Below, one piece after another: positions 30,816 to 41,552 of a stretch of 64,000 nucleotides of DNA (position 1 is the first letter of the stretch; each line of letters begins with the position of its first letter). The notes beneath the pieces are model-generated. The model made no database searches and was not told the origin of the DNA. It saw only the letters and a program-made list of their open reading frames with translations. The translations under genes were made by a program, and so were the position numbers. Origin of the DNA: a phage. The stretch is from sequence record PZ026127.1. The stretch is one strand, 5' to 3'.

Positions 30816-32897
30816 ATGACCCAATTAAATGAAGTGTTCGAGTCCGAAGGTACACTGCCTGTTGTGAACTTGAACCCAAAACTTAAAGTACCTCAGATTT
30901 GGAAGATTGGAGACGCGGAGTCTCAGTTAGTAGCACGTATGGTATCCTATGCTTCTGAAGGCGATGCTATTAAACAGGTTAAGATGGGTGATAAATATGC
31001 CCACGTTATCCTTATGAGCCTTTCAGCTAAAGGTTCGCCTGCCGAACTTAAAGGCGGCTTAGGCCCTACTCCTGTAGATGCGATTAATACTATTTTTGAT
31101 GTAGTTTATGACCAAGTTAAAAAGCTTCGTATGGATGCCGTGATGTTCCGTTTTCCTACCAAGAAAATGAAAGGTCAAGGCCCTATCGTTCAACGTATTA
31201 TCCAACGTTTGGTAGCACAGAAAACCGGTGGACGTTTTAAAGTGGTTCCGGCTATGTACCAATTTACCGGTAAACATACTTACATCCTGGTAGTCCGTAA
31301 ACAAGCTGATATCGAAGATATCAAAGGTATGCCTGGAATTAATGCTGAATTGTATACTAAGGTAGATTCTGATGTCGGTGAAGTTTATATTTCCAAAAAA
31401 GAAGGTGTGCAGGTTACTAAAGAAACTGCTATTGCTGGCAGTATTGCTAAGGTTGAAGAACGTCGCACTGATAAAATGGTTATAACCAAGACTAAGATTT
31501 CTAGGCGCGCCATTGCAGCAAGCCAATCATTGGAATCTTATCGTAATGAAAGTGAATTGTTTAAGAAATATGAAGCTACTGCAGCGGATTTTAATAAACC
31601 GGCAACAGTTCCATTAATCCCTGAGGCTCAGGAAATGGTTACTAATAACAATTCTCCTGCGGCTAAAAATAAGGTTGCTAATATAGTGGCTGAAGGCACT
31701 GCTGAAGAATTGCATTACGATTATAAAATGTTTCCTCTTCACGGTATAGGTGAAATCCAAGAGAAAATTAAAGAGAAAATTCTTACAGCAATAAAAAACG
31801 AACCTTTGACATCTGTTAAAGCTCTAGAAAAATATGCCTCTGCTATTAATACCGTTTTCGAAGAATACAAAGGTGAATGGCTGGCTATCCATAACAGAAC
31901 TCGTAAAGGCCAACCTGATGACCTTTGGAACGAATTGACAGAGGCCAAGTGGAAAGCAGCCAAGACTAAGTTCATTAAAAAACGTGTATATAGTTTTGCT
32001 GGTGTGGGTGGCGGTATTATGGTTGATATTACTATTGCTCGTGAGGGCTCTAAATATACCCCATCACAAAAGCGCGGAATCAGAGAATATTGTGGTTCAG
32101 GATATACAGACATAAATAATCTTCTTTTAGGACGTTATAATCCTCAGAACTATGAGGTTATGAGCGAAAAAGATATCGAATCTGCAGTTAATAATTTGGA
32201 TTCTGCTTTTGAAAACGGCGACCGTATACCAGAAGGCATCACAGTTTATCGCGCACAGAGTATGACTGCTCCTATATACGAAGCACTAGTTAAAAATAAA
32301 GTGTTCTATTTCAGAAATTTTGTATCTACTTCTTTAACTCCTATCATTTTCGGACGTTTTGGTGTTACCCACGCAGGTATTGGTCTTTTAGAACCTGAAG
32401 TTCGCAATGAATTGACAGTCGATAAAAATGAAGAAGGAATAACTATTAACCCTAATGAAATAAGAGCGTATAAAGAAAACCCTGATTACGTTAAAGTTCA
32501 AATAGGATGGGTAATTGATGGAGCCCATAAAGTTAATGTCGTATATCCAGGAAATCTCGGAATAGCAACTGAAGCCGAAGTTATTCTGCCGCGTGGATTA
32601 ATGGTCAAAGTTAATAAAATAACAGATGCTTCTAATAATGATGGAACAACATCTAGTAATACAAAACTCATCCAAGCTGAAGTTATGACAACAGATGAGC
32701 TTCAAGAATCTGTGGTATATGATGGTGACGTACTAATGGAAACCGGCGAGCTGGTCGTGTATCAAGATGATTTCGATACTTCCGAAAGCCCTGTATCTTT
32801 TGATTCATTTGTTAAATCTACACGGTTTGATGTACTGCCTCTTTTGGCTTCATGCATAGACCTCTATGACATCCCAGAAAAATTCATCCAAGGGTAA
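30816..32897 (+). CDS. alt: Alt ADP-ribosyltransferase (693 aa; closest to T4 Alt)
   Basis: length near T4 Alt (682 aa); VYRAQ...FVSTSL...ATEAEVILPRG; recognised from memory as Alt family. Confidence 0.85.
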   Translation: MTQLNEVFESEGTLPVVNLNPKLKVPQIWKIGDAESQLVARMVSYASEGDAIKQVKMGDKYAHVILMSLSAKGSPAELKGGLGPTPVDAINTIFDVVYDQVKKLRMDAVMFRFPTKKMKGQGPIVQRIIQRLVAQKTGGRFKVVPAMYQFTGKHTYILVVRKQADIEDIKGMPGINAELYTKVDSDVGEVYISKKEGVQVTKETAIAGSIAKVEERRTDKMVITKTKISRRAIAASQSLESYRNESELFKKYEATAADFNKPATVPLIPEAQEMVTNNNSPAAKNKVANIVAEGTAEELHYDYKMFPLHGIGEIQEKIKEKILTAIKNEPLTSVKALEKYASAINTVFEEYKGEWLAIHNRTRKGQPDDLWNELTEAKWKAAKTKFIKKRVYSFAGVGGGIMVDITIAREGSKYTPSQKRGIREYCGSGYTDINNLLLGRYNPQNYEVMSEKDIESAVNNLDSAFENGDRIPEGITVYRAQSMTAPIYEALVKNKVFYFRNFVSTSLTPIIFGRFGVTHAGIGLLEPEVRNELTVDKNEEGITINPNEIRAYKENPDYVKVQIGWVIDGAHKVNVVYPGNLGIATEAEVILPRGLMVKVNKITDASNNDGTTSSNTKLIQAEVMTTDELQESVVYDGDVLMETGELVVYQDDFDTSESPVSFDSFVKSTRFDVLPLLASCIDLYDIPEKFIQG

Positions 32898-32900
32898 ATA

Positions 32901-35024
32901 ATGGAAAATTTAAACGAGGTTTTTGATAGTGATTCCGCTAAAAACTATCCAGTAACAAATCTTAAACCGGGTTCCGGTATTCCACAGATTTTCTCTATCC
33001 AAGCACCAGGTAACGATAACCTGGTTGCTCGCATGGTATCTTATGCGTCTGAAGGCGACGCTATTAAGATGGTTAAGGCGGGCGATAAGTACGTCCATGT
33101 TATCTTAATGAGTTTATCTGCTAAAGGCGCTCCGGCAGAACTCAAGGGTGGGTTGGGTACCGATCCACTCGGTACACTGAACACCATTTTCGATACCATA
33201 TACGAACAAATAAACAAACTTAAAATGGACGCGGTTTTATTCCGTTTCCCTACTAAGAAAATGAAAGGTAAAGGCCCTACCGTTCAGCGCGTATTAGCTC
33301 GTTTGGCTATGGCCCGTACCGGTGGTAAGTTTAAAGTTGTTGACGACATGTTCCAATTCAGCGGAAAACATACCTACGTTCTTTTAGTACGTCGTGGTGC
33401 TAATATTGAAGATATCAAGGGTATGCCTGAAATTAATGCCGATCTTTATACTAAAGTTGAGTCTAAAGTTGGCGAAGTGTATGTTTCTAAGAAAACCGGC
33501 CAGGCCGTAAGTAAGGTCGAAGCAGTAGCGGCATCTATTGCACAAGTTGAAGAGAAACGTACTGATAAGGCTGTCATTACCCGTACTAAGATTTCCCGTC
33601 GTATGGCAGCAGCCGCACAGTATTCTACTGCCGAGCCTGAAACTTTGTCCCCTAAAGAATTGCAGGTTTATAACGAGTTTGAAGCTTCTGTACCGGTTCA
33701 CACGGCTGAAGGCCCTGAGAATGAAGGTATTGAACAGATTAGTCAGAACTTTAAAAAAGGTGCTATTACTAAAATGCGCCAGGCTTCTCAGTTTAAATCT
33801 AAGAGCGAGGACCTTGCCAACTTTAGATACACTATTGCTCTCACACACGCTTTAATGACTGATAGTAAATTTAAACTAAATTATGCTAATAGAGATAAAC
33901 AAGGGTTTGAAATTTACTCTAATAATATGGCATTTTTTAATACAGAAGTCGATAGACTTTTAAGTGGCCTTTCGCAAATCAATACAACCAATAGTCTGGA
34001 TATTATTAAGAAAATTGTTAATAACCTGAGTACCCGTTTTAAGGGTTCCCCTTCAGAGAAAGCATCTAGAATTGCTTTCGCTATGGAAGCCGTTTATAAA
34101 CTGGTTAACGATTCTATTAGTGATGCATATGCTTATTCAGGCGAGCTCATTAAACCTAAGGACCTAACCAAAGACGAAAGCAATGCTATTATTGAATATT
34201 GCGCGGCTGAATATGCTCCTATGAACTTATTCCTTTTAGGTAAACCTGAATCCGAAAACAATACAACGGCTATTAAATTGATTAAGGATTTAGACTCGGC
34301 ATTTACTAAGGGTATTAAACTTCCTAAGGGTACTATTTTGTATCGTGGTCAGGATTTGCCATACAAAATTCTGCGCCATAATATCGATAACAAAACATTT
34401 TACTTTAAGAACTTTGTGTCAGCCTCACTAAAACCTAACATCTTTGGTGAATTTGGTAAAAATTATATGGCCCTCGACAACCAAGCCGTTTTTGTTGGCG
34501 GTGAAGGTTCTTTATCCTCCGCTGATGAGTTGTTTAAATTGGCTAGTGGTAGTTCGTCTGATGTAGGTGAAGTCGATGACGAAGAGGTAGAATGGGAAGA
34601 AGACGAGTTTGGTAATCCAATTGCACCTGAAGGTCCTGCAGATAGAATTGCTGAAATTGGTATGGTTATTCGAGGTGCTGAAGCAGTTAAAGTTATCGCT
34701 CCTGGTGACCTTACAGAATATGCCGAAGAAGCAGAAATTATCCTTCCGCGTGGATTATTGTTGAAGGTTGATAAAGTAGCGGCTTTTGCCATGAATGATA
34801 GAGTATCTCACAAATACCTTATGGAAGCTACCGTAACACCTCCTTCAGAGCTCAGCGAATCTGTTTACGATGGTGACCATTTGATGGAAACTGGTGAAGT
34901 TCGCCTGATGGATGGGTTCAGTCAATTCTTGGTTAATGAATCTGTTTCTGAAAGCAACGAGGCTATGGAAATCCTTGCAGCGTCTTTGGATATCTCTTCT
35001 TTATCAAATAAATTCAAAATGTAG
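32901..35024 (+). CDS. Alt-like ADP-ribosyltransferase paralog 3 (707 aa)
   Basis: shared N-terminal module; C-terminal LYRGQ...FVSASL...AEEAEIILPRG with an acidic insertion. Confidence 0.8.
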   Translation: MENLNEVFDSDSAKNYPVTNLKPGSGIPQIFSIQAPGNDNLVARMVSYASEGDAIKMVKAGDKYVHVILMSLSAKGAPAELKGGLGTDPLGTLNTIFDTIYEQINKLKMDAVLFRFPTKKMKGKGPTVQRVLARLAMARTGGKFKVVDDMFQFSGKHTYVLLVRRGANIEDIKGMPEINADLYTKVESKVGEVYVSKKTGQAVSKVEAVAASIAQVEEKRTDKAVITRTKISRRMAAAAQYSTAEPETLSPKELQVYNEFEASVPVHTAEGPENEGIEQISQNFKKGAITKMRQASQFKSKSEDLANFRYTIALTHALMTDSKFKLNYANRDKQGFEIYSNNMAFFNTEVDRLLSGLSQINTTNSLDIIKKIVNNLSTRFKGSPSEKASRIAFAMEAVYKLVNDSISDAYAYSGELIKPKDLTKDESNAIIEYCAAEYAPMNLFLLGKPESENNTTAIKLIKDLDSAFTKGIKLPKGTILYRGQDLPYKILRHNIDNKTFYFKNFVSASLKPNIFGEFGKNYMALDNQAVFVGGEGSLSSADELFKLASGSSSDVGEVDDEEVEWEEDEFGNPIAPEGPADRIAEIGMVIRGAEAVKVIAPGDLTEYAEEAEIILPRGLLLKVDKVAAFAMNDRVSHKYLMEATVTPPSELSESVYDGDHLMETGEVRLMDGFSQFLVNESVSESNEAMEILAASLDISSLSNKFKM

Positions 35025-35053
35025 TTTACAACACCACAAGGATGTGGTACTAT
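35024..35053 (+). promoter_or_regulatory. early promoter cassette
   Basis: GTTTAC, 18 nt, TACTAT, then ACATGAGGAGAACATT leader. Confidence 0.55.
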
Positions 35054-35081
35054 TACCTTACACAAACATGAGGAGAACATT

Positions 35082-35372
35082 ATGAAATCTGCATTCCGTT
35101 TTAATGGTCAAGAACTGGTAGTTGAAAACGTTATCCCTGCTTCTGAAGAGTTTGACAGTGCAGTGGGTAATGAATTACGTCGAGTTTTCGGTGAAGACAA
35201 ACAGTTTGATATCCGACCTGTTGAGAATTTTTCTTATCCAGAACAAACCGAAAACATTTTTAACGGTGTAGTGACAGGACAACTCGAATCCGAAGCTCCT
35301 ATTTCGGTTACGGTGTTTGTTAAAAAGCAACCACTAATGACCACAGCAGGTTTCATTTCGTTCCGTAAATAA
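35082..35372 (+). CDS. hypothetical protein (96 aa)
   Basis: ORF bracketed by its own early promoter and terminator. Confidence 0.6.
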   Translation: MKSAFRFNGQELVVENVIPASEEFDSAVGNELRRVFGEDKQFDIRPVENFSYPEQTENIFNGVVTGQLESEAPISVTVFVKKQPLMTTAGFISFRK

Positions 35373-35380
35373 ACCCCTAA

Positions 35381-35405
35381 AGGAGAGCATATGCTCTCCT
35401 TTTTT
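35381..35405. terminator. bidirectional rho-independent terminator between convergent genes
   Basis: AGGAGAGCATATGCTCTCCT then TTTTTT; gene 54 stop abuts it on the minus strand. Confidence 0.75.
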
Positions 35406-35406
35406 G

Positions 35407-36336
35407 TTATAACAACCTCGATATTCCACTATTAACCAATCCTGTTAATCCACTAGAAGCTCCTGAAAGTCGGCTTAATTTAGCTACTGAAGAACTCAGG
35501 GAATTGCTCTCACTTATACCCGCCACGCCTTTAAGGACTTTATCTTCCAACCATTCATAAGCAGCTTGTTTGCCAACTGCACCAGTCTGTACACTTCTAT
35601 AAGCAAATGTAACATCAAATGAAGCAATTTGGTTATCACCGTCGTAAGATAATTCCGGGGAAGATACGCTCATTGGAACGCAACCATTAAGCATTACTAC
35701 CGTATGTGGTAATCCATTACGGGAATGAAGGTTGACTTGAATGTCAGCTTCAACATCCTCCGGTAATGCTCTTAATTGTGTAATAGGGTCTTGAACACTA
35801 TTGACCCAATCATTAAAAGCACGGTAGTTAGCAGCTTCAGAATCCATACGGAAGCTTAATACTAATGGAGAATATTCTCTTCCGGTAATTTTGATGTTAG
35901 GTGAGTTGTGGTTCAAATCCATTTCATAGTTCAAAGTATTATCCGGGATTTTAACGGCGTGGACTAAAAGACCTGCCGTAGGATAGGCCATATTGAAAAA
36001 ATCCATCAGATATGTACCTACTTCAAACTCTCCTAGTAAGCTCTGCACAACCCTGGATGACATAGCTCCAATCAAATATTTACTTATGCCTGACTTACGA
36101 ATCAACTTCTGAGTGCCCGCTGTCACTAATGTCGTAACACCTTGGGTCAACTCTCCTTGTGTAATACCAAACAAATCGCTATTCAATGGGATATTGTTAA
36201 ATAAAGCTCCACCGAACTGGTCGAGGAGCGCTTGAGATTTAGAAGAAGGAACCGTTGCAAATACCACACTAAACAGGTTATTCCTTTGTAGGTCAATATT
36301 AATTGCCTGATTCTGAAATTCTTGTAAAGTATACAT
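35407..36336 (-). CDS. 54: baseplate tail-tube initiator gp54
   Basis: 309 aa; MYTLQEFQNQAINIDLQRNNLFSVVFAT resembles T4 gp54; synteny. Confidence 0.88.
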   Translation of the reverse strand: MYTLQEFQNQAINIDLQRNNLFSVVFATVPSSKSQALLDQFGGALFNNIPLNSDLFGITQGELTQGVTTLVTAGTQKLIRKSGISKYLIGAMSSRVVQSLLGEFEVGTYLMDFFNMAYPTAGLLVHAVKIPDNTLNYEMDLNHNSPNIKITGREYSPLVLSFRMDSEAANYRAFNDWVNSVQDPITQLRALPEDVEADIQVNLHSRNGLPHTVVMLNGCVPMSVSSPELSYDGDNQIASFDVTFAYRSVQTGAVGKQAAYEWLEDKVLKGVAGISESNSLSSSVAKLSRLSGASSGLTGLVNSGISRLL

Positions 36337-37424
36337 TAGAATCCTTCCGTATAAAGTGAGCCACGGTTCAGAGTAATAATTTCACGGAAAGTAACTTCTA
36401 AACTAAACGTAGATGGTAAGTTAGGAGCAATAGCCAATCCGTTAAAATGGCCGTCCGGAGTTTTATCAAAACGGATACTCTGGATTTGGCATGGACCAAA
36501 AATATCTTCACGACCATCATATGAACTGCTATCGCCAAAGTTTCGGATATACCAAATGGTCGGGTTACTTACCACAATAACATTAGAAAGGAAGCTTGTA
36601 ATACTTTCCCCTAATAGCTTACCGTCAAACTTGTCAATAGCTTCTTTTTTAAACGTAGAACGATACCAGGTATCAATCTTCTCTTTTAATTCACCAGCGA
36701 AGGCTGAGTTGCCGGTTTCACCATAAGAATAGTAATTAAAGATTTCGTATATTTTAATAATCTGGATAAGGTCTTGGGCGTTTCGTGGAGTCATTTCCCA
36801 GGTAAATACCTTAGTACGGTTATCCGGCCCTGCATACATACTACGGGCGGTAGTGTATATCTGCTCGCCTGAATCAGCCATTACGCCGTTAGTTACAGAT
36901 TCCAATGCACCAAATACTGCAGTACTTGCAATGTTACTTAAAATACCTGTAGCAGTACCACCACCTTTAGTAATTAATGATTCACCGACATCATTAAATT
37001 TATGCGACACCGAATCCACGTCAGATTTAGAACGTGGGAGTAAAATATTTGCCAAAGCTTGGTTGTCAAATTTAACGCCCTTAGTATTTCCAGCAAATAA
37101 GTTTTTAACAGCACTATATGTTCCACTATTGCCTGTTAATTTGCTGGCTGCACTTGAGAACTTTTTAGTCATTTGACTCGAACGGTCGTTACGCAAATCC
37201 GGAGATACACGAGAACTAAAATTATATGCGGTAAAAAGCAATCCATTTTTATAGAGGTCGTTTAATACCATATCGGTTGAGGTATCATTACCTGAAGCCC
37301 GCTCAGCTGGATACTGAGCGGTTACCGTGGTTTTTATTGGTGGTGTTTTAGATTGACCTGCGGAGGTCTTTGAACCTCCTTTAAACAAGGAGGCTACATC
37401 AAAGTCAAGTTCTTTTACTTTCAT
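36336..37424 (-). CDS. 48: baseplate tail-tube cap gp48
   Basis: 362 aa; synteny and similarity to T4 gp48. Confidence 0.85.
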   Translation of the reverse strand: MKVKELDFDVASLFKGGSKTSAGQSKTPPIKTTVTAQYPAERASGNDTSTDMVLNDLYKNGLLFTAYNFSSRVSPDLRNDRSSQMTKKFSSAASKLTGNSGTYSAVKNLFAGNTKGVKFDNQALANILLPRSKSDVDSVSHKFNDVGESLITKGGGTATGILSNIASTAVFGALESVTNGVMADSGEQIYTTARSMYAGPDNRTKVFTWEMTPRNAQDLIQIIKIYEIFNYYSYGETGNSAFAGELKEKIDTWYRSTFKKEAIDKFDGKLLGESITSFLSNVIVVSNPTIWYIRNFGDSSSYDGREDIFGPCQIQSIRFDKTPDGHFNGLAIAPNLPSTFSLEVTFREIITLNRGSLYTEGF

Positions 37425-37432
37425 TATTAATC

Positions 37433-39169
37433 CTAATTAACTTTAGTAGCTTGACGCATACCAGGAGCAGGAGTAGAGGACTGTGGGGGCATATTATAGC
37501 TTGTCTTACTCGTTTTCTTGATATTCGTTTGCTGATTTATTTGAGTTGGAGCTTGCTGACTATATTTAGCATTTTCCTTTGCTCTCATTTGCTCATCAAC
37601 CTTTTTAACCTGGGTATTTTCAGGAGATTCCGCTACAGAAGCAGGTTTAGGCTTTTCAGCTTCATTAAATTTCTCTAAAGATTTATTCATCTTATCAAGT
37701 AATTGCTGGATATTAAGGTCTTTCGGTGCCCCACCTTTAGCCATAATAGGGTCGGCCAATTGTTTCTCGATATCAGCTTTAAATGCTTTAGCATTTTCGA
37801 TATCTTTAGAATCTGGCTTCATTATATTATCAGCGGTTTGTGTCAAACGAATAATATCAGCCTGAGCTTTATCACGTTTCTTGAAATACTCTAAACGTTC
37901 TTCTTCAGGGAGGTCACGGAAGCTTGTGTCAATTCCACCTGCGCGTAATTGGTCGGCTTGTTCTTTAGTAAGATTACCGTATTTCTCTGCCTGGTTTATA
38001 AGCTCAGGTTTATCCTTATACTTCTTATTCATTTTCTCGGCTGTTTCTAAAGCCTCGGCTGAACGTCTATCATGGTACTTGGCCACTTTAGTTTGGTCTT
38101 CATCGTCCAAAGTGGCTCCGGTATTTTGCTGATATGACATTAAAGCAGAAGCCTCTACGTTTTCAGCTAAATCACCCATACCAGGTATTTTACTTAAAAT
38201 AGCAGAAATCAACTTAGAAATACCAAGCATTAAAAGTTGTGCCATATTTTTGGTAAGATTAACCATACCACGAATAATAGCTTCAGCCAGACCTAACCAG
38301 TTTCCTTCACTAAACATGGCTTCAGCATTCTTGGCCCATGTCATTAGCCCTTCAAGTAATGGTCCCCACTCTTTAAACTTATCGTTAAATTCTTTCCACC
38401 CTGACTCAAATTGGTCCATGAAATATTGGAAGTATACGCGAATGGCATCTATACCAAATATTAAAAGGACTAAACCTGCTGCGAGTTTAGCAGCTTCAGC
38501 GGCAGCGGTAATGGTATACTTAAAAAGCATGCCTGAAATTCTATCAGCGACGCCTATAGAAGCTTTAAATCCCTTTTCAGTTATTTTAGTAAGGGCTTCG
38601 ATTTTCTCGGAAAGAGAAGTCTTATCACCTTCTTTACCTTCATCTGAATTTTTAGGAGGCTCAGGCATAAATTCGGCGTCAGGTTTATTATCTTCAGGTG
38701 GAAGAATATCTTCAACAACAGCAGGAACTTTAGGAGTTTCGGCCTTAGGTTCTTCTGGAATAGAGTCTTCAATAACCTTTAATGAGCTCCCTTCCGGTGG
38801 AATAGAAATACCAGAAAATTTAGCCTCCAACATATTAGAAAGCTTATTAATCTTTTCGTTTAATGCATCCGAAAGAGCTTTAGACTGTTGGGTTTGTTCT
38901 GATATGGCTTCGGCCGTTAATTCTGTTCCAGCGACAACATCTTGGACGCTTTTGTCTACTCGGTCTACAGAATTAATAATCTGGTTAGACTTTGTCTCAA
39001 CAACTTCAGAGAGCAATTCAGACGCCGCCTGGGAATCGGATAAAACATCTGATATATTTCCTAATTCGTCGTTCTGAGTTTGGGCTAGCGCCTCAGCACG
39101 ACGCTGAGGAGCCATTTCTTCAATCAGTTTATTGCGACGAAAACTATTCTGATTAGATTCGTTCTTCAT
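37433..39169 (-). CDS. 29: baseplate hub / tail-length determinator gp29
   Basis: 578 aa; coiled-coil-rich; synteny with T4 gp29. Confidence 0.85.
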   Translation of the reverse strand: MKNESNQNSFRRNKLIEEMAPQRRAEALAQTQNDELGNISDVLSDSQAASELLSEVVETKSNQIINSVDRVDKSVQDVVAGTELTAEAISEQTQQSKALSDALNEKINKLSNMLEAKFSGISIPPEGSSLKVIEDSIPEEPKAETPKVPAVVEDILPPEDNKPDAEFMPEPPKNSDEGKEGDKTSLSEKIEALTKITEKGFKASIGVADRISGMLFKYTITAAAEAAKLAAGLVLLIFGIDAIRVYFQYFMDQFESGWKEFNDKFKEWGPLLEGLMTWAKNAEAMFSEGNWLGLAEAIIRGMVNLTKNMAQLLMLGISKLISAILSKIPGMGDLAENVEASALMSYQQNTGATLDDEDQTKVAKYHDRRSAEALETAEKMNKKYKDKPELINQAEKYGNLTKEQADQLRAGGIDTSFRDLPEEERLEYFKKRDKAQADIIRLTQTADNIMKPDSKDIENAKAFKADIEKQLADPIMAKGGAPKDLNIQQLLDKMNKSLEKFNEAEKPKPASVAESPENTQVKKVDEQMRAKENAKYSQQAPTQINQQTNIKKTSKTSYNMPPQSSTPAPGMRQATKVN

Positions 39170-39680
39170 TTAAGATATCCATGATTTTAAGCAATCCTTT
39201 GATAGGACCATTAGGACCAGGGATAGCTACAGTAGAAGTTATATCGTCGGCCCATGTAGCAACAAAGGCAGGCATATCCAGAAAATCTGGTACATCATCA
39301 CCAAGATAAAGAGATTGTAGTACACTATCAACAGGACCAAATGTTTGAAATGGTTCGTGTGATTTAAATTTAAATGTCTTACCTTGGAACTGGAATTCAA
39401 GTCGTTGGCAAATATAAAGGTCATTTAAATTATATGTGAATCCATCTTTAGTTACTTTTTCTTTTAATCGTCCGTTGAATTCTAAAAGGTGTAAAGCAGC
39501 AAAATCTGTTTCTGCTGCAGACAGTCCTTTACAAATGGATTCCATTGTCATATAGAGGGCCTTGTAAGGGTCCTTTTCATCTTTAACCAATTTCTGGTGT
39601 TTAAGACCCAATTTAGGAATGGAAATCTCTTTGTCACCCAGCGTTATTTTCTTGATCGGGAGTATCAGTTTTAAGTTCAT
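39153..39680 (-). CDS. 28: baseplate distal hub subunit gp28
   Basis: start set at [11 protein letters not shown] (ATG at 39678-39680) matching the T4 gp28 N-terminus; track start 39722 is an extension into gene 27. Confidence 0.8.
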   Translation of the reverse strand: MNLKLILPIKKITLGDKEISIPKLGLKHQKLVKDEKDPYKALYMTMESICKGLSAAETDFAALHLLEFNGRLKEKVTKDGFTYNLNDLYICQRLEFQFQGKTFKFKSHEPFQTFGPVDSVLQSLYLGDDVPDFLDMPAFVATWADDITSTVAIPGPNGPIKGLLKIMDILNEERI

Positions 39681-40803
39681 TTTTAACCTTCGGCGGTTCT
39701 TCAATCTTAATAGGCTTACCATTAGTAAACATATAAAGGTTTGTAATTGATGTATTGTTACTCACTTCATGAATAACTTCGTCTACATAAAAATCGTACT
39801 GGAATTGGTTTTTAGGGTCATAGAAATTAATCTTATCGCCTGGAGTTAGTTCAAAGTTACCATATACCTTACAATGAGCGTATCCATCGTATTGGGCCAT
39901 AGTAACTAATCTATCGGCTTCTTCAAAACCGTTTCGGTAGGTATAATCAGAATATCCACCGGAGCGAGAAACCAATATACTGTTTTGCCCGTCACCAAAA
40001 GTAATTCGTGTGGCGTTTTTGTCTAAGAAAGAGTGGGCGTATACAGTAGCGTTTTCATATGGTTTTCTGGAATGTTGGTTGGCTTTAGTTAACCATTCAA
40101 AATCAAATGCGATAGGTGTATCCATATCTTGAACGTATTGACCTATTAATCGCGGCTCACCCACTACAAAATTAATAGGCTCTTGGTTAACCATAAATTC
40201 GTAGTCCATGATAGAAATACCATCTATATCTTCCCAGACAAATACAAATTTATCAGATTCAACGGCCATACCTACTTCTCGTACAAATTCCATATAACGG
40301 TCCATTGAATCACACCAAGGAACATTAGGAACGTAAACGTTTATCCCGTTCAAAGGAGGAGCAAGAAGCGGACGGTCTTGATAAATAACACCAATCATTT
40401 CAGTTAATGTTTCTTGAACACTCGGGAAGAACATACGACTAAATTTAAGATTCTCTAAAAAGTGGATTGGGGCGAGTTGTATTGTTATGATATTGTCGCC
40501 CTTCGAATCCACTCCTACAGCAAAGTGTTTACTTCCATAAATTCTTGATTGGGTACGTTCAGAGTTAGCATTCTTAACAGAAATTTGAATAATCTGCTCA
40601 CCATCCATTTTAGTATGAAGGTTCTTTGCATCATAAAACTGAAGCAACCCTTCATTACTACCGTAAAGCCCATCTCGCATTGTTAGAGTAGTAAATGTCG
40701 CGCCTAGTTCAACAAAACGATGCTCTAACCAGGCGTCATAATCTTCGTAAAGGCGTATACTAATATTAGGAAAGCCTTCACGTTGCATAGTTTTTGAACT
40801 CAT
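39634..40803 (-). CDS. 27: baseplate hub subunit gp27
   Basis: 389 aa; [29 protein letters not shown] and C-terminal [12 protein letters not shown] match T4 gp27. Confidence 0.92.
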   Translation of the reverse strand: MSSKTMQREGFPNISIRLYEDYDAWLEHRFVELGATFTTLTMRDGLYGSNEGLLQFYDAKNLHTKMDGEQIIQISVKNANSERTQSRIYGSKHFAVGVDSKGDNIITIQLAPIHFLENLKFSRMFFPSVQETLTEMIGVIYQDRPLLAPPLNGINVYVPNVPWCDSMDRYMEFVREVGMAVESDKFVFVWEDIDGISIMDYEFMVNQEPINFVVGEPRLIGQYVQDMDTPIAFDFEWLTKANQHSRKPYENATVYAHSFLDKNATRITFGDGQNSILVSRSGGYSDYTYRNGFEEADRLVTMAQYDGYAHCKVYGNFELTPGDKINFYDPKNQFQYDFYVDEVIHEVSNNTSITNLYMFTNGKPIKIEEPPKVKNELKTDTPDQENNAG

Positions 40804-41552
40804 TTCTTAAGGTCCTTTTCAACCAAAGACAAAGCAATACCGCGTTCGATTGGAATCATCTGCATAATGCTTTCTAATGAATAATTGTTCTTTACCAGTA
40901 AATGGTTTATTTGGTAAAATAAAAATATCTCATCCGGGTTGACTATAAGCTTAAACACCTCTAAAATATCGGTATACGTAATTGTTCTACGATTACAGCA
41001 TCCATATTTTAGTTCAAAATTAATAGGGCTAGTTTGTTTGACTATATCCTCTAAAGTGGATAAGTCTATAGCATCTATTACGGCTAATTGGTCTTCTTCA
41101 GAAAGGTCAGTCCAATTATATTTCCCGTTTTCATCTTCCACGGTTTGGAGGGTGTTCAGAATCAATTCGGATTTGTCTTGATATTCTATTTCCGGAAATT
41201 TGAATGTTAGCTTCAAGCCGGCCACTTCAATTGTGGGATTATCTAACTTGGTCTGTTTCAAATTGAATAAAACTTGTCTATCCTTTTCACACTTACTACA
41301 AGTGTATCGGATAGGAATTTTGGTCTTGCCGAGTGATGACGTATAAAGTTCAATGAACATATATGGGCGCCATGACATAGGATATTCACCGAAGTATTCT
41401 TCCAGTAACTCATCTAAAATTTGTTTTTGCTCTTCAGGCGATTTATTATTCATGTCATTTCGAATCAAAATAAAATCACGATAATCAGCTACTGTAAAAG
41501 GTTTAAATCGGTGGACTCCATCAGGCATTTCACAACGTACTATATTAGCCAT
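40800..41552 (-). CDS. 51: baseplate hub assembly catalyst gp51
   Basis: 250 aa from MANIVRCE (GAGGA Shine-Dalgarno); synteny with T4 gp51. Confidence 0.8.
   Translation of the reverse strand: MANIVRCEMPDGVHRFKPFTVADYRDFILIRNDMNNKSPEEQKQILDELLEEYFGEYPMSWRPYMFIELYTSSLGKTKIPIRYTCSKCEKDRQVLFNLKQTKLDNPTIEVAGLKLTFKFPEIEYQDKSELILNTLQTVEDENGKYNWTDLSEEDQLAVIDAIDLSTLEDIVKQTSPINFELKYGCCNRRTITYTDILEVFKLIVNPDEIFLFYQINHLLVKNNYSLESIMQMIPIERGIALSLVEKDLKK

Noticed and set aside
33384-33855. Plus- and minus-strand ORFs (105-154 aa) inside the third alt paralog
   Set aside because: Out of frame or antisense within a gene supported by conserved Alt motifs.
38250-39077. 275-aa plus-strand ORF inside gene 29
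   Set aside because: Antisense to gp29; Ser/Leu-rich translation typical of the reverse frame of a coiled-coil gene.
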